Shown: positions 50,517 through 61,695, counted from the stretch's first letter. The stretch is DNA of 64,000 nucleotides from Candidatus Accumulibacter sp. ACC003 (GCF_907163085.1 NZ_CAJQTX010000004.1:140956-204955); one strand, 5' to 3'. Translations and numbers: made by a program. The notes: generated from the sequence alone by a model not told the origin.

Positions 50517-51320
50517 ATGGGCGGACGCTTGCAGGACAAGGTGGCCATCGTCACCGGCAGCGGTTCGGTTGGGCCGGGCTGGGGCAACGGCAAGGCGATG
50601 TCGGTGCTCTTCGCGCGCGAGGGCGCGCAGGTGGTCGGCGCCGATATCGACGGCGCGGCGGCGGCGGCGACGCAACAAGTGATCAGCGACGAAGGCGGTC
50701 ACAGCATTGCCGTCGTCGCCGACGTGACGCTGGCCGCCGACGTCGAGCGGCTGGTCGCGACCACGCTCGACACCTACGGACGCATCGACATCCTGGTCAA
50801 CAACGTCGGCATCGCGATCGTTGGTGGCCCGGCAGAACTCGACGAGGCGACCTGGGATCGTCTGATGTCGGTCAACGTCAAGAGCGCCTACCTGACGTGT
50901 CATCACGTCTTGCCGGTGATGATCCGCCAGCACGCCGGGGCAATCGTTAACAACGCCTCGGTCGCCGTACGCGGCTGGGCCGGCGTCAACTATGGCTTCT
51001 ATGCGGCGAGCAAAGGGGCGATGGTGGCGATGACGCGGACCATGGCCATCCGGCACGCGCCCGACGGCATCCGCGCCAACTGCGTCCTGCCCGGGCTGAT
51101 GAATACGCCATTGGTGCATGCCGCACTGACGCGTGTTTATGGCGACGAGGGCGATATCGCCAACCTGATCCGCACGCGCGACGCGCAGTGCCCGATGGGG
51201 CACATGGGCGACGCCTGGGATACCGCCTACGCGGCGCTGTTCCTGGCCTCCGACGAGGCCAAGTACATTACCGCCACCGAGTTGCTGGTCGATGGCGGGC
51301 TGTCGGCACGCTTCGCGTGA
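50517..51320 (+). CDS. Short-chain dehydrogenase/reductase
   Basis: KVAIVTG.G, ILVNN.G, NNAS, YAASKG, IRAN...PG.M.TP, ..VDGG. Confidence 0.93.
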   Translation: MGGRLQDKVAIVTGSGSVGPGWGNGKAMSVLFAREGAQVVGADIDGAAAAATQQVISDEGGHSIAVVADVTLAADVERLVATTLDTYGRIDILVNNVGIAIVGGPAELDEATWDRLMSVNVKSAYLTCHHVLPVMIRQHAGAIVNNASVAVRGWAGVNYGFYAASKGAMVAMTRTMAIRHAPDGIRANCVLPGLMNTPLVHAALTRVYGDEGDIANLIRTRDAQCPMGHMGDAWDTAYAALFLASDEAKYITATELLVDGGLSARFA

Positions 51321-51386
51321 CAGCGAGTTTGCCGAGGCGGTGATGGCGTTTTCGCGCTTGCCTGGCCCGCCGATCCTCGGCGCTGC

Positions 51387-53213
51387 TCAGCTGGCGTCGG
51401 CGGTCGGGCTATCGCCGAGAGCGTCTTCCTGCTGCTGCAGCAGCCACATCTGCGCGTAGAGCCCGGCGGCCTCGAGTAGCTGCTGGTGCGAGCCGCGTTC
51501 GACGATGCGGCCGGCGTCCATCACCAGAATCTGGTCGGCGTTCATGATCGTCGACAGGCGGTGCGCGATGACCAGCGTCGTACGGCCGCGCGCCGCGTTG
51601 TCGAGGCTGCCCTGGATCGCTTTTTCGGTTTTCGAGTCGAGCGCCGACGTGGCTTCGTCGAAAATCAGCAGCGGCGGGTTTTTCAACAGCGCGCGGGCGA
51701 TCGCCACGCGCTGCTTTTCGCCGCCCGAGAGTTTCAGGCCACGTTCGCCAACCCGCGTTTCATAGCCATCGGGAAGCAGTTCGATGAAGCGTGTAAGCTG
51801 CGCGGCTGCCGCCGCCGCCAGCACCTCTTCGCGGCTGGCGTCGGGGCGACCGTACTGAATGTTGTAGAAGATGCTGTCGTTGAACAGCACGGTGTCCTGC
51901 GGAACGATGCCGATCGCGGCCCGCAGGCTCGCCTGCGTCAATTGGCGAAGGTCGCTGCCGTTGACCAGGATATGGCCGCTGTCGATGTCGTAGAAGCGGT
52001 AGAGCAGGCGTGCCAGCGTCGACTTCCCCGACCCGGACTCGCCGACGATGGCGACGCTGCCGCCGGCCGGAACGCTGAAGTCGACCTCGTGCAGGATCTG
52101 GCGCTTCTTTTCGTAGGAAAAATCTACCCCGGCAAAGCGGATGTACACCGGTCCTGCGGCGAGTTCAACGGCGTTCGGTGCGTCGGCAACTTCGCGGTTG
52201 ACGGCCAGGAGGTCGAACATGCGCTCGATGTCGGTCAGCGCCTGGCGGATTTCGCGGTACACCACGCCGAGGAAGTTGAGCGGCATGTAGAGCTGAATCA
52301 GGAAAGCGTTGACCAGCACCAGGTCGCCGATGGTCATCGTGCCGTCGACGACGCCACTTGCGGCGCGCCACATCATCGCCGTGACGCCCAGCGCGATACT
52401 CAGTTGCTGGCCGAGATTGAGCCACGACAGCGAGATCCGGCTTTTCGTCGCCGCGTCTTCCCACTCGGCCATGCGCTGATCGTAGCGCCTGGCCTCGTAG
52501 TCCTCGTTGTTGAAATACTTCACCGTTTCGTAGTTGATCAGGCTGTCGATGGCGCGTGTGTTGGCCGCCGAATCGGTCTCGTTGACCTTGCGGCGGATGC
52601 TGATTCGCCAGTCGCTGACCTTGACGGTGAACACGATGTAGGTCGCCAGCGACGCCAGCGCGATGAGGACGAAGACGCTGTCGTAGCGAGCAAAGAGGAT
52701 CGCCAGGACGAGGCCGATTTCGATCAGCGTCGGCAGGATCGAATAAAGCGTGTAGCTGATCAGATTGGCGATCGCGCGGCTGCCACGTTCGATGTCCCGC
52801 GAAACGCCACCGGTCTCACGATGCAGATGGAAGCGCAGCGACAGTTCGTGCAGGTGGCGAAAGACATCGAGGGCAATCCGGCGCACGGCACGCTGGGTGA
52901 CGCGGGCGAAGAGGATCTCGCGCAGTTCGGTGAACAGCGCGCTGGAGAAGCGCAGCGCCCCGTAGAGCAGGAGTAGCAGTGCTGGCAAGCTCAGCGCCTG
53001 CTGCGTGCTGCTCAGGGCGTCGATCATCTCCTTGAAAACCAGCGGTACGCCGACCGTCGCCAGTTTGGCGGCGACCAGGCACGAGAGCGCCAGAAGCACC
53101 CGCCACTTGTACTGCCAGAGATAGGGAACGAGCTTGTTAACGGTCAGCCAGAGATGCGCGTCGGCAGGCGGACGCTGGTCGATGGCCGGGGCGGCGGTGG
53201 TGGAACGGCGCAT
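51387..53213 (-). CDS. ABCB-family (Atm1-like) ABC transporter
   Basis: LSLRFHL.RETG, DSLINYETVKYF, GESGSGKST, VPQDTVLFN, LSGGEKQRVAIAR. Confidence 0.93.
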   Translation of the reverse strand: MRRSTTAAPAIDQRPPADAHLWLTVNKLVPYLWQYKWRVLLALSCLVAAKLATVGVPLVFKEMIDALSSTQQALSLPALLLLLYGALRFSSALFTELREILFARVTQRAVRRIALDVFRHLHELSLRFHLHRETGGVSRDIERGSRAIANLISYTLYSILPTLIEIGLVLAILFARYDSVFVLIALASLATYIVFTVKVSDWRISIRRKVNETDSAANTRAIDSLINYETVKYFNNEDYEARRYDQRMAEWEDAATKSRISLSWLNLGQQLSIALGVTAMMWRAASGVVDGTMTIGDLVLVNAFLIQLYMPLNFLGVVYREIRQALTDIERMFDLLAVNREVADAPNAVELAAGPVYIRFAGVDFSYEKKRQILHEVDFSVPAGGSVAIVGESGSGKSTLARLLYRFYDIDSGHILVNGSDLRQLTQASLRAAIGIVPQDTVLFNDSIFYNIQYGRPDASREEVLAAAAAAQLTRFIELLPDGYETRVGERGLKLSGGEKQRVAIARALLKNPPLLIFDEATSALDSKTEKAIQGSLDNAARGRTTLVIAHRLSTIMNADQILVMDAGRIVERGSHQQLLEAAGLYAQMWLLQQQEDALGDSPTADAS

Positions 53214-53308
53214 GGGGGTGATGGCGGGCGGTGGTTTTCGAGCGCTCGAGTATGCCCTCTCTTGGCGTGCGCGGTCTCGATGACGATAGCCAAAGGTCGA
53301 AAAAAGCC

Positions 53309-53354
53309 TTGCCTTCGTCGTACTCTGCCCCTAACATTAAAACGAACGTTTGAA
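53309..53354 (+). promoter_or_regulatory. sigma70 promoter and PsrA-type operator upstream of the TetR gene
   Basis: TTGCCT-N17-TAACAT followed by TTAAAACGAACGTTTGAA (53337-53354). Confidence 0.7.
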
Positions 53355-53418
53355 CGATAACCACCTCCCGGCTTGTCCTGGACTTCTCGAGCCGCAACAT
53401 TCGTGGCCCCTTGATCAC

Positions 53419-54174
53419 ATGCCCGACCAGAAAAACAATTACGACACCCGCGAACGCATCCTCGATGTCGCCGAGCGACTGTTCATGGAAAACGGCTACG
53501 AAGGGACGTCGATGCGCGTCGTTACCAGTGCCGCCGAAGTGAACCTGGCGGCGGTCAACTACCACTTTGGATCCAAGGAGGCGCTGCTCTGCGCCGTTTT
53601 CCGGCGCCGCCTGGGCTGGTTGAACGGCGAGCGTTTGCGCGCCCTCGACGTCCTCGAGGAGCAGGCTGGCGAGACGTCGCCGAAGCCTTCGCAGATCCTC
53701 GAAGCCTTTTTCGGCACCTTGCTGCGAATGGGCGAGGATCAGTCGCTGGGCGGCATGACCTTCTTGCGTCTGCTCGGCCGAACGCTGACCGAGCCGGCCG
53801 GATTCATTCGCACCTTCTTTGCCAGCGAGTACGCGGAAGTGATCGCTCGTTACAAGCAGGCGCTCTTCCGCGCGCTGCCCGACGTCCCGAAAGCGGAGAT
53901 CGTCTGGCGGCTGCATTTCATGCTCGGCGCCATGTCGTACGCCATCGCCGGAACCGATGTCCTGCAGGTGGTTACCGGCTGCGAGCTCGGCGACCTCGCC
54001 GGCGAAAGCTCCGACGTTGATGCCGACGATGACTCGGCGCTCGCCCGGCGCCTTTCGCAGCGGCTGATGCCCTTCCTGCTTGGCGGTTTGCGGGCCCCTT
54101 TGTCGTTGACCACGCCGTCACTCACTGCCAGCCCCGCGTCGGCCAGCGACGGCGACCTGCAACCTGAAATCTGA
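53419..54174 (+). CDS. TetR-family regulator (PsrA-like) of beta-oxidation genes
   Basis: TRERILD.AE.LF...G...TS.R.VT..A.VNLAAVNYHFGSKEAL; upstream of fadE. Confidence 0.88.
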   Translation: MPDQKNNYDTRERILDVAERLFMENGYEGTSMRVVTSAAEVNLAAVNYHFGSKEALLCAVFRRRLGWLNGERLRALDVLEEQAGETSPKPSQILEAFFGTLLRMGEDQSLGGMTFLRLLGRTLTEPAGFIRTFFASEYAEVIARYKQALFRALPDVPKAEIVWRLHFMLGAMSYAIAGTDVLQVVTGCELGDLAGESSDVDADDDSALARRLSQRLMPFLLGGLRAPLSLTTPSLTASPASASDGDLQPEI

Positions 54175-54190
54175 AATAGGAGAAACAGCC

Positions 54191-56377
54191 ATGTTCTTGA
54201 CGATCGTCTTGCTGCTCATCGGGCTCTGCCTGGCGGGAATTGCCGTGCTGGTCAGCGTTCGGCCGTGGCGGCGCGAACTGATCAGTCGCCGCATTTTCGC
54301 CACCTACAAGCGAATTCTGCCGCAGATGTCTGATACCGAGCGTGAAGCGCTCGAGGCCGGCACGGTGTGGTGGGACGGCGAACTGTTCCGCGGCAACCCC
54401 GACTGGAGCAAGCTGTTGGCGTATCCGGTCCCCAAATTGAGCGCCGAAGAGCAGTCTTTCATGGACCACGAGGTCGAACACGCGTGTGCGCTGGTTGACG
54501 ACTGGCAGGTCACCAGCGAATTGTACGATCTACCACCCGAGGCCTGGCGCTACATCAAGGACAAGGGTTTTCTCGGGATGATCATTCCGAAGCGCTACGG
54601 CGGGCTGGAGTTCTCCGCTTTCGCGCATTCGCAGGTGGTCACCAAGCTGTCGACGCGTTGCTCGGCGCTGTCGGTATCGGTGATGGTTCCGAACTCGCTC
54701 GGCCCCGCCGAACTGTTGTTGCACTATGGTACCGAGGCGCAGAAAGAGCATTACCTGCCGCGCCTGGCCAGGGGCATCGAGGTGCCGGCCTTCGCGCTGA
54801 CCAGTCCGTGGGCAGGTTCCGATGCCGGTTCGATACCCGACGTCGGGATCGTCTGCAAAGGGATTTGGCACGGTAAGGAAGTTGTCGGCATGCGGGTGAC
54901 CTGGGACAAGCGCTACATCACGCTCGGCCCGGTGTGCACCATCCTCGGTCTGGCTTTTCACATGTACGACCCGGACGGCCTGCTCGGCAGCAAGAAGCAT
55001 CTTGGCATCACCTGCGCGCTGGTGCCGCGCGACACGCCTGGCGCCGACATCGGTCGCCGGCACGTGCCGCTGAACGCGATGTTCATGAATGGTCCGACCC
55101 GCGGCCAGGACGTATTCATGCCTTTGGACTACGTGATCGGCGGTCCGGCGATGGTCGGTCAGGGCTGGCGGATGCTGATGGAGTGTCTGGCGGCGGGTCG
55201 CTCGATCTCGCTGCCCTCGTCGAATGCCGGCATGGCGCAATTGACCGCACGCACCGTTGGTGGCTACGCGCGCGTGCGCAGCCAGTTCAAGATGGCGATC
55301 GGGCGCTTCGAAGGAGTCGAGGAACCGCTGACACGGATCGGCGCCTACACCTACATGATGAACGCCGTACGCACGATGACTGCCGGTGCCATCGATCTCG
55401 GCGAAAAGCCATCGGTGGTTTCGGCGATCGCCAAATACCACGTCACCGAGCTTGCCCGGCAGGTGGTCAATGACGGCATGGACATCGTCGGCGGCAAGGG
55501 GATTTGCCTTGGCCCGTCGAATTTCATCGGCCGCGCCTATCAGCAGCTACCGATCGGCATTACCGTCGAAGGAGCCAACATCTTGACGCGCAGCATGATC
55601 CTCTTCGGGCAGGGCGCCATTCGCTGCCATCCGTACGTGTTGAAGGAAATGCAATCGGCCTACGATGCCGACGCCGAACGCGGCCTTAATGATTTCGACG
55701 AGGCCTTTTTTGGGCACGCGGCTTACACCATCAAGCACGGTTTCGGTGCCTTCGCCAAGGGGCTCACCGGTTCGCATTTCGTCTCGGCACCCGACAACGT
55801 GGCGCCTGAAACGCGGCGTTACTATCAGCAACTGACGCGCTTTTCGTCGGCTTTCGCTTTCCTCGCCGACATTTCCATGCTGACGCTGGGTGGCGAACTG
55901 AAACGTCGCGAAAAGCTCTCGGCGCGCCTGGGCGACATCCTGTCGATGCTCTATCTGTGCTCGGCGACGCTCAAGCGTTACGAGTCGGAAGGGCGTCAGC
56001 AGGCCGATGCGCCGCTGATGCACTGGGCGATGTGGGATACCATGTACAAGGCGCAGATGGCTTTCGACGGCGTCATCGCCAATTTCCCGGTGCGCTGGAT
56101 CGGGCGTCTGCTCTACCGAATCGTTTTCCCACTCGGCCACCCTTACGACGTTCCCTCGGACCGCATCGGCCATCAGGTCGCCAAGCTGCTGATCGAGCCG
56201 TCGGCTGCGCGTGACCGTTTGACTGCCGAAACCTACCTGCCAAAAGTCGCCAGCGAGGCCGTCGGTGCGGTCGAACTGGCGCTGCTGGCGACGATCGCCG
56301 CCGAGCCGATCGAAGCCAGGCTTCGCGCGGCGGAGAAAAGTGGTGCGCTTGCCGATAATCCGCAAGCCAACGTCCGC
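54191..56377 (+). pseudogene. fadE: FadE-type acyl-CoA dehydrogenase, 3' end replaced by anomalous DNA
   Basis: EALEAGTVWWDGELF, VMVPNSLGP.ELL, FALT.P.AGSDAG, KRYITL.P, EGANILTR; family similarity stops at NPQANVR and read-through to 56476 is not protein-like. Confidence 0.85.
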
Positions 56378-57140
56378 CTATCCTCTAGCCACTGCACTTT
56401 ACGCGGCTTTCATCGCCTGCCAGTGATCGTCTCACCGTCCGGCCGATTACCGCGGTGCCGCCCCAAGCGGCGGTAATGAGTTGCTGCTGTACTCTCATTA
56501 TCGTTTCGACAGATTTTCCCCTACCTACCTGGGGCGCGCACACGCAACAAGCGCTGGTCTCCACAAAGCGAGGCCGCGTAGATTCGCCCGCCTGGCAAGC
56601 GAGCCCAGGGACCGGCCATCGCTCGGGTTCCCGTTTGCCAGCCCATTGCCCCCGGGTGGGCTGCACTAGGGAGTCAACTTTATTCCCATCATATACCTAG
56701 AGAATGTGTACATGTAAAGGATACTTCAAGTGGTATTCCCAACCTGTTCGTACTTCGTCTTACTTTTGGTCAGCCAAGGAGCTATCCGCCCCGTTTCCGA
56801 GAGCGGACTTCTTTGCGGTGTCCGCCTGGTCGCGGTCTTCCTTGACCTGACTAAGTTGATTATCTTGGTTGTCTGGCGCTGTTACAGGTGCTTATGGCGC
56901 CTGCTCTTGTTCGCGGCTAGGATCACCCATGTTCCGGGCGTGCAGTCAACTGGTGGCTTGCGGGCAAGTTGTGCTTCATGCGCTGTCGCCATGCGCCCGC
57001 TCGCATGTTACTCGTAGTCGTATGGTGCGGACTGGTTGCTCACAGGACCATCGCCAGAACGCTATCAGCCGTCGTCCCTTTTTGCCGAGGAGCTGCGTCG
57101 CGTTGCAACTTGCATGCTGGGTTCCACCCGGTTTTAAATT
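56378..57140. other. About 760-bp anomalous non-coding segment
   Basis: No credible ORF, AT-rich core, four CTAG (56385, 56666, 56697, 56917), no IR or TSD; breaks two genes. Confidence 0.8.
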
Positions 57141-57943
57141 TCGGCTTGCTGAAAGGGCTGACCGATCCGAATATCGGGCTGCTGATGGGGCAGACCGCTG
57201 AAAACATCGCCTGGCGCTTCGGCATTACGCGGCACGACATGGATCAGTTCAGCGTCGCTAGCCACCAGCGTGCCGTCGCCGCGCGTGCTGGCGGCCGGCT
57301 CGACGAGATCGTGCCGCTGGTCGATGCGCAGGGCAAGGTCTATGGCCAAGACGACGGCGTGCGCGCCGATTCGAGCGTCGCCGGGCTGAGCAAGCTGAAA
57401 CCTTTTTTCGACCGCCGCTACGGTCGCGTGACGCCGGGCAACAGCTCGCAGATCAGCGACGGTGCGGCCTGGCTGATCCTGGCTTCCGAGGCGGCAGTCG
57501 AGAGATGGCAGCTACAAGCTCTGGGCAAGATCACCGATAGCCAGTGGGCCGGCCTCGACCCGGCGCAGATGGGCCTTGGCCCGGTGCACGCGGCGACGCC
57601 GATACTCCTGCGCCATGGGCTCGGGCTCGACGATATCGACCTCTGGGAGATCAACGAGGCCTTCGCTGCGCAGGTCCTTGGCTGCCTCGCGGCCTGGGAG
57701 TCGGACGCCTACTGCCGTGAACAGCTGGCTCTGCCGGCCGCGCTGGGTGTCCTGCCGCGGGCGCGTCTCAACGTCGACGGCGGCGCGGTGGCCGTCGGTC
57801 ACCCGGTCGGTGCGTCGGGCGCGCGCATCGTTCTACACCTGCTGCACGCCTTGCGCGCCGCCAACGCCAGGCGCGGTATGGCGACGATCTGCATCGGCGG
57901 CGGCCAGGGCGGCGCGATGCTGCTTGAAACGATCGACCGATGA
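57141..57943 (+). pseudogene. 3' half of acetyl-CoA C-acyltransferase (thiolase)
   Basis: GLTDP...LMGQTAE, NSSQISDGA, EINEAFA, GHP.GASG.R, CIGGGQG present; N-terminal half with the nucleophile Cys is absent. Confidence 0.88.
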
Positions 57944-59892
57944 CGGACACAGGAGAAAAACACATGCACAGCGATGCCACCAGCTACGAGCATTGGCAGG
58001 TCGAAGTCGACGCCGCGGGCCTGGTCTGGGTGACGCTCGACAAAGCCGGCGAATCGACCAACTCGCTGTCGAGCGCCGTGCTGAGCGAACTGTCGTTGCT
58101 GCTCGACGGCTTCGACCGCAGTCCGCCACGCGGACTGATCTTCCGTTCCGGGAAGTCGGCCGGATTCATTGCCGGCGCCGATATTCAGGAGTTCACCAGG
58201 CTCGATACGCCGGCCAAAGGCGTCGAGCTGGTCAGGCGTGGCTGGGATCTTTTCAATCGCCTGGCCAGTGTCACGTATCCGACGTTGGCGCTGGTCCGAG
58301 GTCATTGCCTGGGTGGTGGTCTCGAGCTGGCGCTGGCGTGTCGCTACCTGCTGGCCGTCGACGAGCCGGCGACGCGGATGGGCCTACCGGAAGTGATGCT
58401 CGGAATCGTTCCCGGCTGGGGCGGCATGTTGCGCCTGCCGCAACGGATCGGCGCACAGGCGGCGCTGGACATGATGCTCACCGGCAAGAGCGTCGACGCC
58501 AAGCGCGCCAAACGCCTGGGACTGGCTGACGACTGCGTACCGCTGCGCGTGATGGACAACGCCGCCGCCATGCTGCTGCTCGCCGACCAGGCGCGTCGGA
58601 CGCTGTCGCCGCTGCAGCGCCTGCTCAACGGACCCTTGCGCGGTCTGGCGGCGCGGGCGGCGAGAAAGCAGGTCGCCAAGCGCGCGCGCGTCGAGCATTA
58701 TCCGGCACCCTACGCGATCATCGACATCTGGGAAAAGCACCACGGTAACGCGCTGGCCGCACCGGCGCTGATCGACAGCATCGTGCGTTCGCCAACGGCT
58801 CGCAATCTGGTGCGCGTTTTCTTCATGCAGGAGCGCCTCAAGGGTTTCGGCAAGGGCAGTACTTACCAGGCGCAACGCGTTCACGTCGTCGGCGCCGGCG
58901 TCATGGGCGGCGACATCGCCGCCTGGTGCGCGCTGCGTGGGCTGACGGTCACCCTGCAGGATCAAGGGGTCGAATGCATCGCACCGGCGCTGCAGCGCGC
59001 CTATGCGACCTTTCGGCAGCGGATCAAGGAACCGCTCGAACTGCGCAACGCCATGGACCGCCTGATTCCGGACCCCGAAGGGCACGGCGCCAGGAGCGCC
59101 GACGTGGTCATCGAGGCGATCTTCGAGAACCTCGAGGCCAAGCGCGCGCTCCTCCAGCAGCTCGACGCGCTGATCAGGCCCGACGCGGTGTTGGCGACCA
59201 ATACCTCGAGCCTCAGGATTGAGGATTTGCACGGCGTGCTGGCCAATTCGGCGCGCCTGGTCGGCATTCACTTCTTCAACCCGGTGGCCCGCATGCCGCT
59301 GGTCGAAGTGGTCGCCGCGGCCGGCGCCGATCCCGAGATGCTGCAGCGCGCCACGGCCTTCGTCAAACAGATCGACCGTCTGCCGCTGCCGGTGAACAGC
59401 GCGCCGGGTTTCCTGGTCAATGCCGTTCTCGGGCCCTACATGCTGGCCGCCATGCGGGCCGTCGACGAGGGGTTGGCGCCGGCGACCATCGACGCAGCGA
59501 TGCTGGCCTTCGGCATGCCGATGGGGCCGATCGAGCTGGTGGACATGGTCGGGCTCGACGTGGCGATGGCCGCTGGCCGGAGCCTCGCCGGCGACGACGG
59601 CGAGCCGCCGAGCTGTCTGCGCGAACGCTTTGCTGCCGGGCAGCTCGGCAAGAAGACGGGCCAGGGCTTATACGCCTACCGCCAGGGCAAGGCGATCAAG
59701 GGCAAGGCTGGCGCGGTGCCGGCCGGGCTTGCCGAGCGCCTGCTCGAGCCGCTCCTCGAACGCACGCAGCAACTGGTCAGCGACGGCGTCGTCGCCGACG
59801 CCGACCTGGCCGACGCTGGCGTTATTTTCGGCACCGGTTTCGCACCATTTACCGGCGGGCCGCTCAATTATCTACGCAATCGGCACGCCTGA
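57940..59892 (+). CDS. Enoyl-CoA hydratase / 3-hydroxyacyl-CoA dehydrogenase (FadJ-like)
   Basis: FIAGADI, CLGGGLELALAC, LPEV.LG..PGWGG, VGAGVMGGDIA, EAI.E, NTSS, HFFNP. Confidence 0.93.
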   Translation: MTDTGEKHMHSDATSYEHWQVEVDAAGLVWVTLDKAGESTNSLSSAVLSELSLLLDGFDRSPPRGLIFRSGKSAGFIAGADIQEFTRLDTPAKGVELVRRGWDLFNRLASVTYPTLALVRGHCLGGGLELALACRYLLAVDEPATRMGLPEVMLGIVPGWGGMLRLPQRIGAQAALDMMLTGKSVDAKRAKRLGLADDCVPLRVMDNAAAMLLLADQARRTLSPLQRLLNGPLRGLAARAARKQVAKRARVEHYPAPYAIIDIWEKHHGNALAAPALIDSIVRSPTARNLVRVFFMQERLKGFGKGSTYQAQRVHVVGAGVMGGDIAAWCALRGLTVTLQDQGVECIAPALQRAYATFRQRIKEPLELRNAMDRLIPDPEGHGARSADVVIEAIFENLEAKRALLQQLDALIRPDAVLATNTSSLRIEDLHGVLANSARLVGIHFFNPVARMPLVEVVAAAGADPEMLQRATAFVKQIDRLPLPVNSAPGFLVNAVLGPYMLAAMRAVDEGLAPATIDAAMLAFGMPMGPIELVDMVGLDVAMAAGRSLAGDDGEPPSCLRERFAAGQLGKKTGQGLYAYRQGKAIKGKAGAVPAGLAERLLEPLLERTQQLVSDGVVADADLADAGVIFGTGFAPFTGGPLNYLRNRHA

Positions 59893-60157
59893 CGCCATGC
59901 CCGACAAGTACCCCGTCCTTCCGTCGGCGTGATGCCGGCTGACGCGAAACGCCAGCCGACGCCGCCGATTGCCATAAAAGTCACCGAGGCGGCGCTCAGC
60001 GATGTTGCAATAAACCAACACGGTGATGAAAAGTTGTCGCCAAACGCCCGTTAACTGAAGATTTTTTTTGACACTGAGCCTTAGCATGCGGCTGTAAACC
60101 ATTACTAGGGTGTGGCCAAAGAACCACACCCAGCTCACATCCACGGGGGAGTCCAAA

Positions 60158-61480
60158 ATGTCACAGCAGATTTCAATGAAGTTGCTCCCGGCGCTCTTGC
60201 TGGTGGCGTTTTCGGGTACTGCCGGCGCGTCCGGTTTTCAGTTGCTGGAGCAGGGCAGTGGTCTGGGCAACGCCTACGCCGGTTCGGCGGCCAAGGCCAG
60301 CGACGCCAGCACGATCTTCTGGAATCCGGCCGGCATGACGCAGCTGCAGGCGCGCGAGGTTTCCGGTGGCCTGACGGCCGTGCGGCCGAGCTTCAAGTTC
60401 GATGATCAGGGTTCCCAGACCGGCGTCTTCAGCGCTGGTGGGCCGGCCCTGGCGGGTAACGGTGGCGATGCCGGCAGCTGGGCGTTTATCCCCAATGGCT
60501 ATGTCTCGTGGGCCTTGAACAAGGATTTGTACGTGGGGCTGGGAATCGGCGGACCGTTTGGTTTGGCGACCAAGTACGACAAGCCTTGGAAGGGCAGTGC
60601 TCAGTCGGATGAATTCGACATCGAGACAATCAACATCAACCCGTCGATCGCCTATCGGGTCAACGAAAAGGTTTCGCTGGGTGCTGGCGTCAGCTGGCAG
60701 AAGATCAAGGCCGATTACTATCGGCAAGCGGCAGATGCTTCTCAAGGGGGTCTTGCCCTACCTGCGGTGCAGTCTCATATGAGCATTGATGACGATGCCT
60801 GGGGCTGGAACATTGGTGCCTTGTTTACCCTGTCGCCGGCGACCAAGGTCGGCCTGTCATACCGCTCGGCAATCCAGTATCACACCGATGGCAAGATCAC
60901 GCTGAGCGGCGATACGGCGGCGGGCAACGCAGCCGCCGCTGTCCTGAGTTCCCCAGCCTTTGGTCGTGCAAGCGACGTGAAGGCAGACCTCAAGGTGCCC
61001 GACACCTTCGTTCTGAGCGTGACGCAACAGTTGAGTGATCGCTGGGAGATGCTCGGCGACGTGTCGTGGACCGGCTGGAGTTCGATCCAGAATGTGAACA
61101 TCATCCGGACTTCTGGAGTGCTCAACGGTCAGCCTGCCGAGATCCTTCCGGCGGATTTCCAGGACACCTGGCGCGTTGCACTGGGCGCCAACTACAAGTA
61201 CACGGATAGCATCAAGTTCATGTTCGGGATAGCCTACGATCAGACGCCCGTGAAGAACGCGACAGCTCGGCTGACTTCTCTTCCAGATAACGATCGCACG
61301 TGGTTCACGGTTGGTACGCAGTGGAAGCCAGCAAAGGAGCAGACTGTCGAACTTGGCGCTGCCTACCTGTATATCCCGACTACCAATATCAACCATTCGA
61401 CAACTGCAGGCGGCACCGTAATCGGCAACTACGACTCCAGCGTCTGGATTCTCGGAGCGCAGTACTCGCTGGCCTTCTGA
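60158..61480 (+). CDS. fadL: Long-chain fatty acid outer membrane transporter (FadL/OmpP1)
   Basis: Signal peptide, GFQL.EQ.SGLGNAYAG.AA...DAST...NPAGM, NINP..AY, PD.DR.W, C-terminal F. Confidence 0.92.
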   Translation: MSQQISMKLLPALLLVAFSGTAGASGFQLLEQGSGLGNAYAGSAAKASDASTIFWNPAGMTQLQAREVSGGLTAVRPSFKFDDQGSQTGVFSAGGPALAGNGGDAGSWAFIPNGYVSWALNKDLYVGLGIGGPFGLATKYDKPWKGSAQSDEFDIETININPSIAYRVNEKVSLGAGVSWQKIKADYYRQAADASQGGLALPAVQSHMSIDDDAWGWNIGALFTLSPATKVGLSYRSAIQYHTDGKITLSGDTAAGNAAAAVLSSPAFGRASDVKADLKVPDTFVLSVTQQLSDRWEMLGDVSWTGWSSIQNVNIIRTSGVLNGQPAEILPADFQDTWRVALGANYKYTDSIKFMFGIAYDQTPVKNATARLTSLPDNDRTWFTVGTQWKPAKEQTVELGAAYLYIPTTNINHSTTAGGTVIGNYDSSVWILGAQYSLAF

Positions 61481-61500
61481 TCGCCTCCTGGCCCTCGAAA

Positions 61501-61527
61501 AAGCTCCGTCGCCCGGGGCTTTTTTTT
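61501..61527 (+). terminator. Rho-independent terminator after fadL
   Basis: AAGCTCCG-TCGCC-CGGGGCTT stem followed by a T run. Confidence 0.75.
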
Positions 61528-61581
61528 CGCCCCGAATTGGCCAGGGGCGTGCCTCGGCAGGCTTGATTTCCCGGCGCTTGC

Positions 61582-61626
61582 TTGACGAAGACGATCGGCA
61601 AGGTATAATTCAAACGTTCGTTTTAA
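61582..61626 (+). promoter_or_regulatory. sigma70 promoter and PsrA-type operator upstream of the second hydroxyacyl-CoA dehydrogenase
   Basis: TTGACG-N16-TATAAT, then TTCAAACGTTCGTTTTAA (61609-61626), exact reverse complement of 53337-53354. Confidence 0.8.
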
Positions 61627-61695
61627 CTCTGCGCCAGTGCCACAGGGGTGCTCCCGGCGGGCGTGAACGACTCAACCCAGACCAAGGAGGATAGC

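Noticed and set aside
60040-60057. Third PsrA-type operator upstream of fadL (CAAACGCCCGTTAA)
   Set aside because: Only one half-site matches well; too weak without a position weight matrix.
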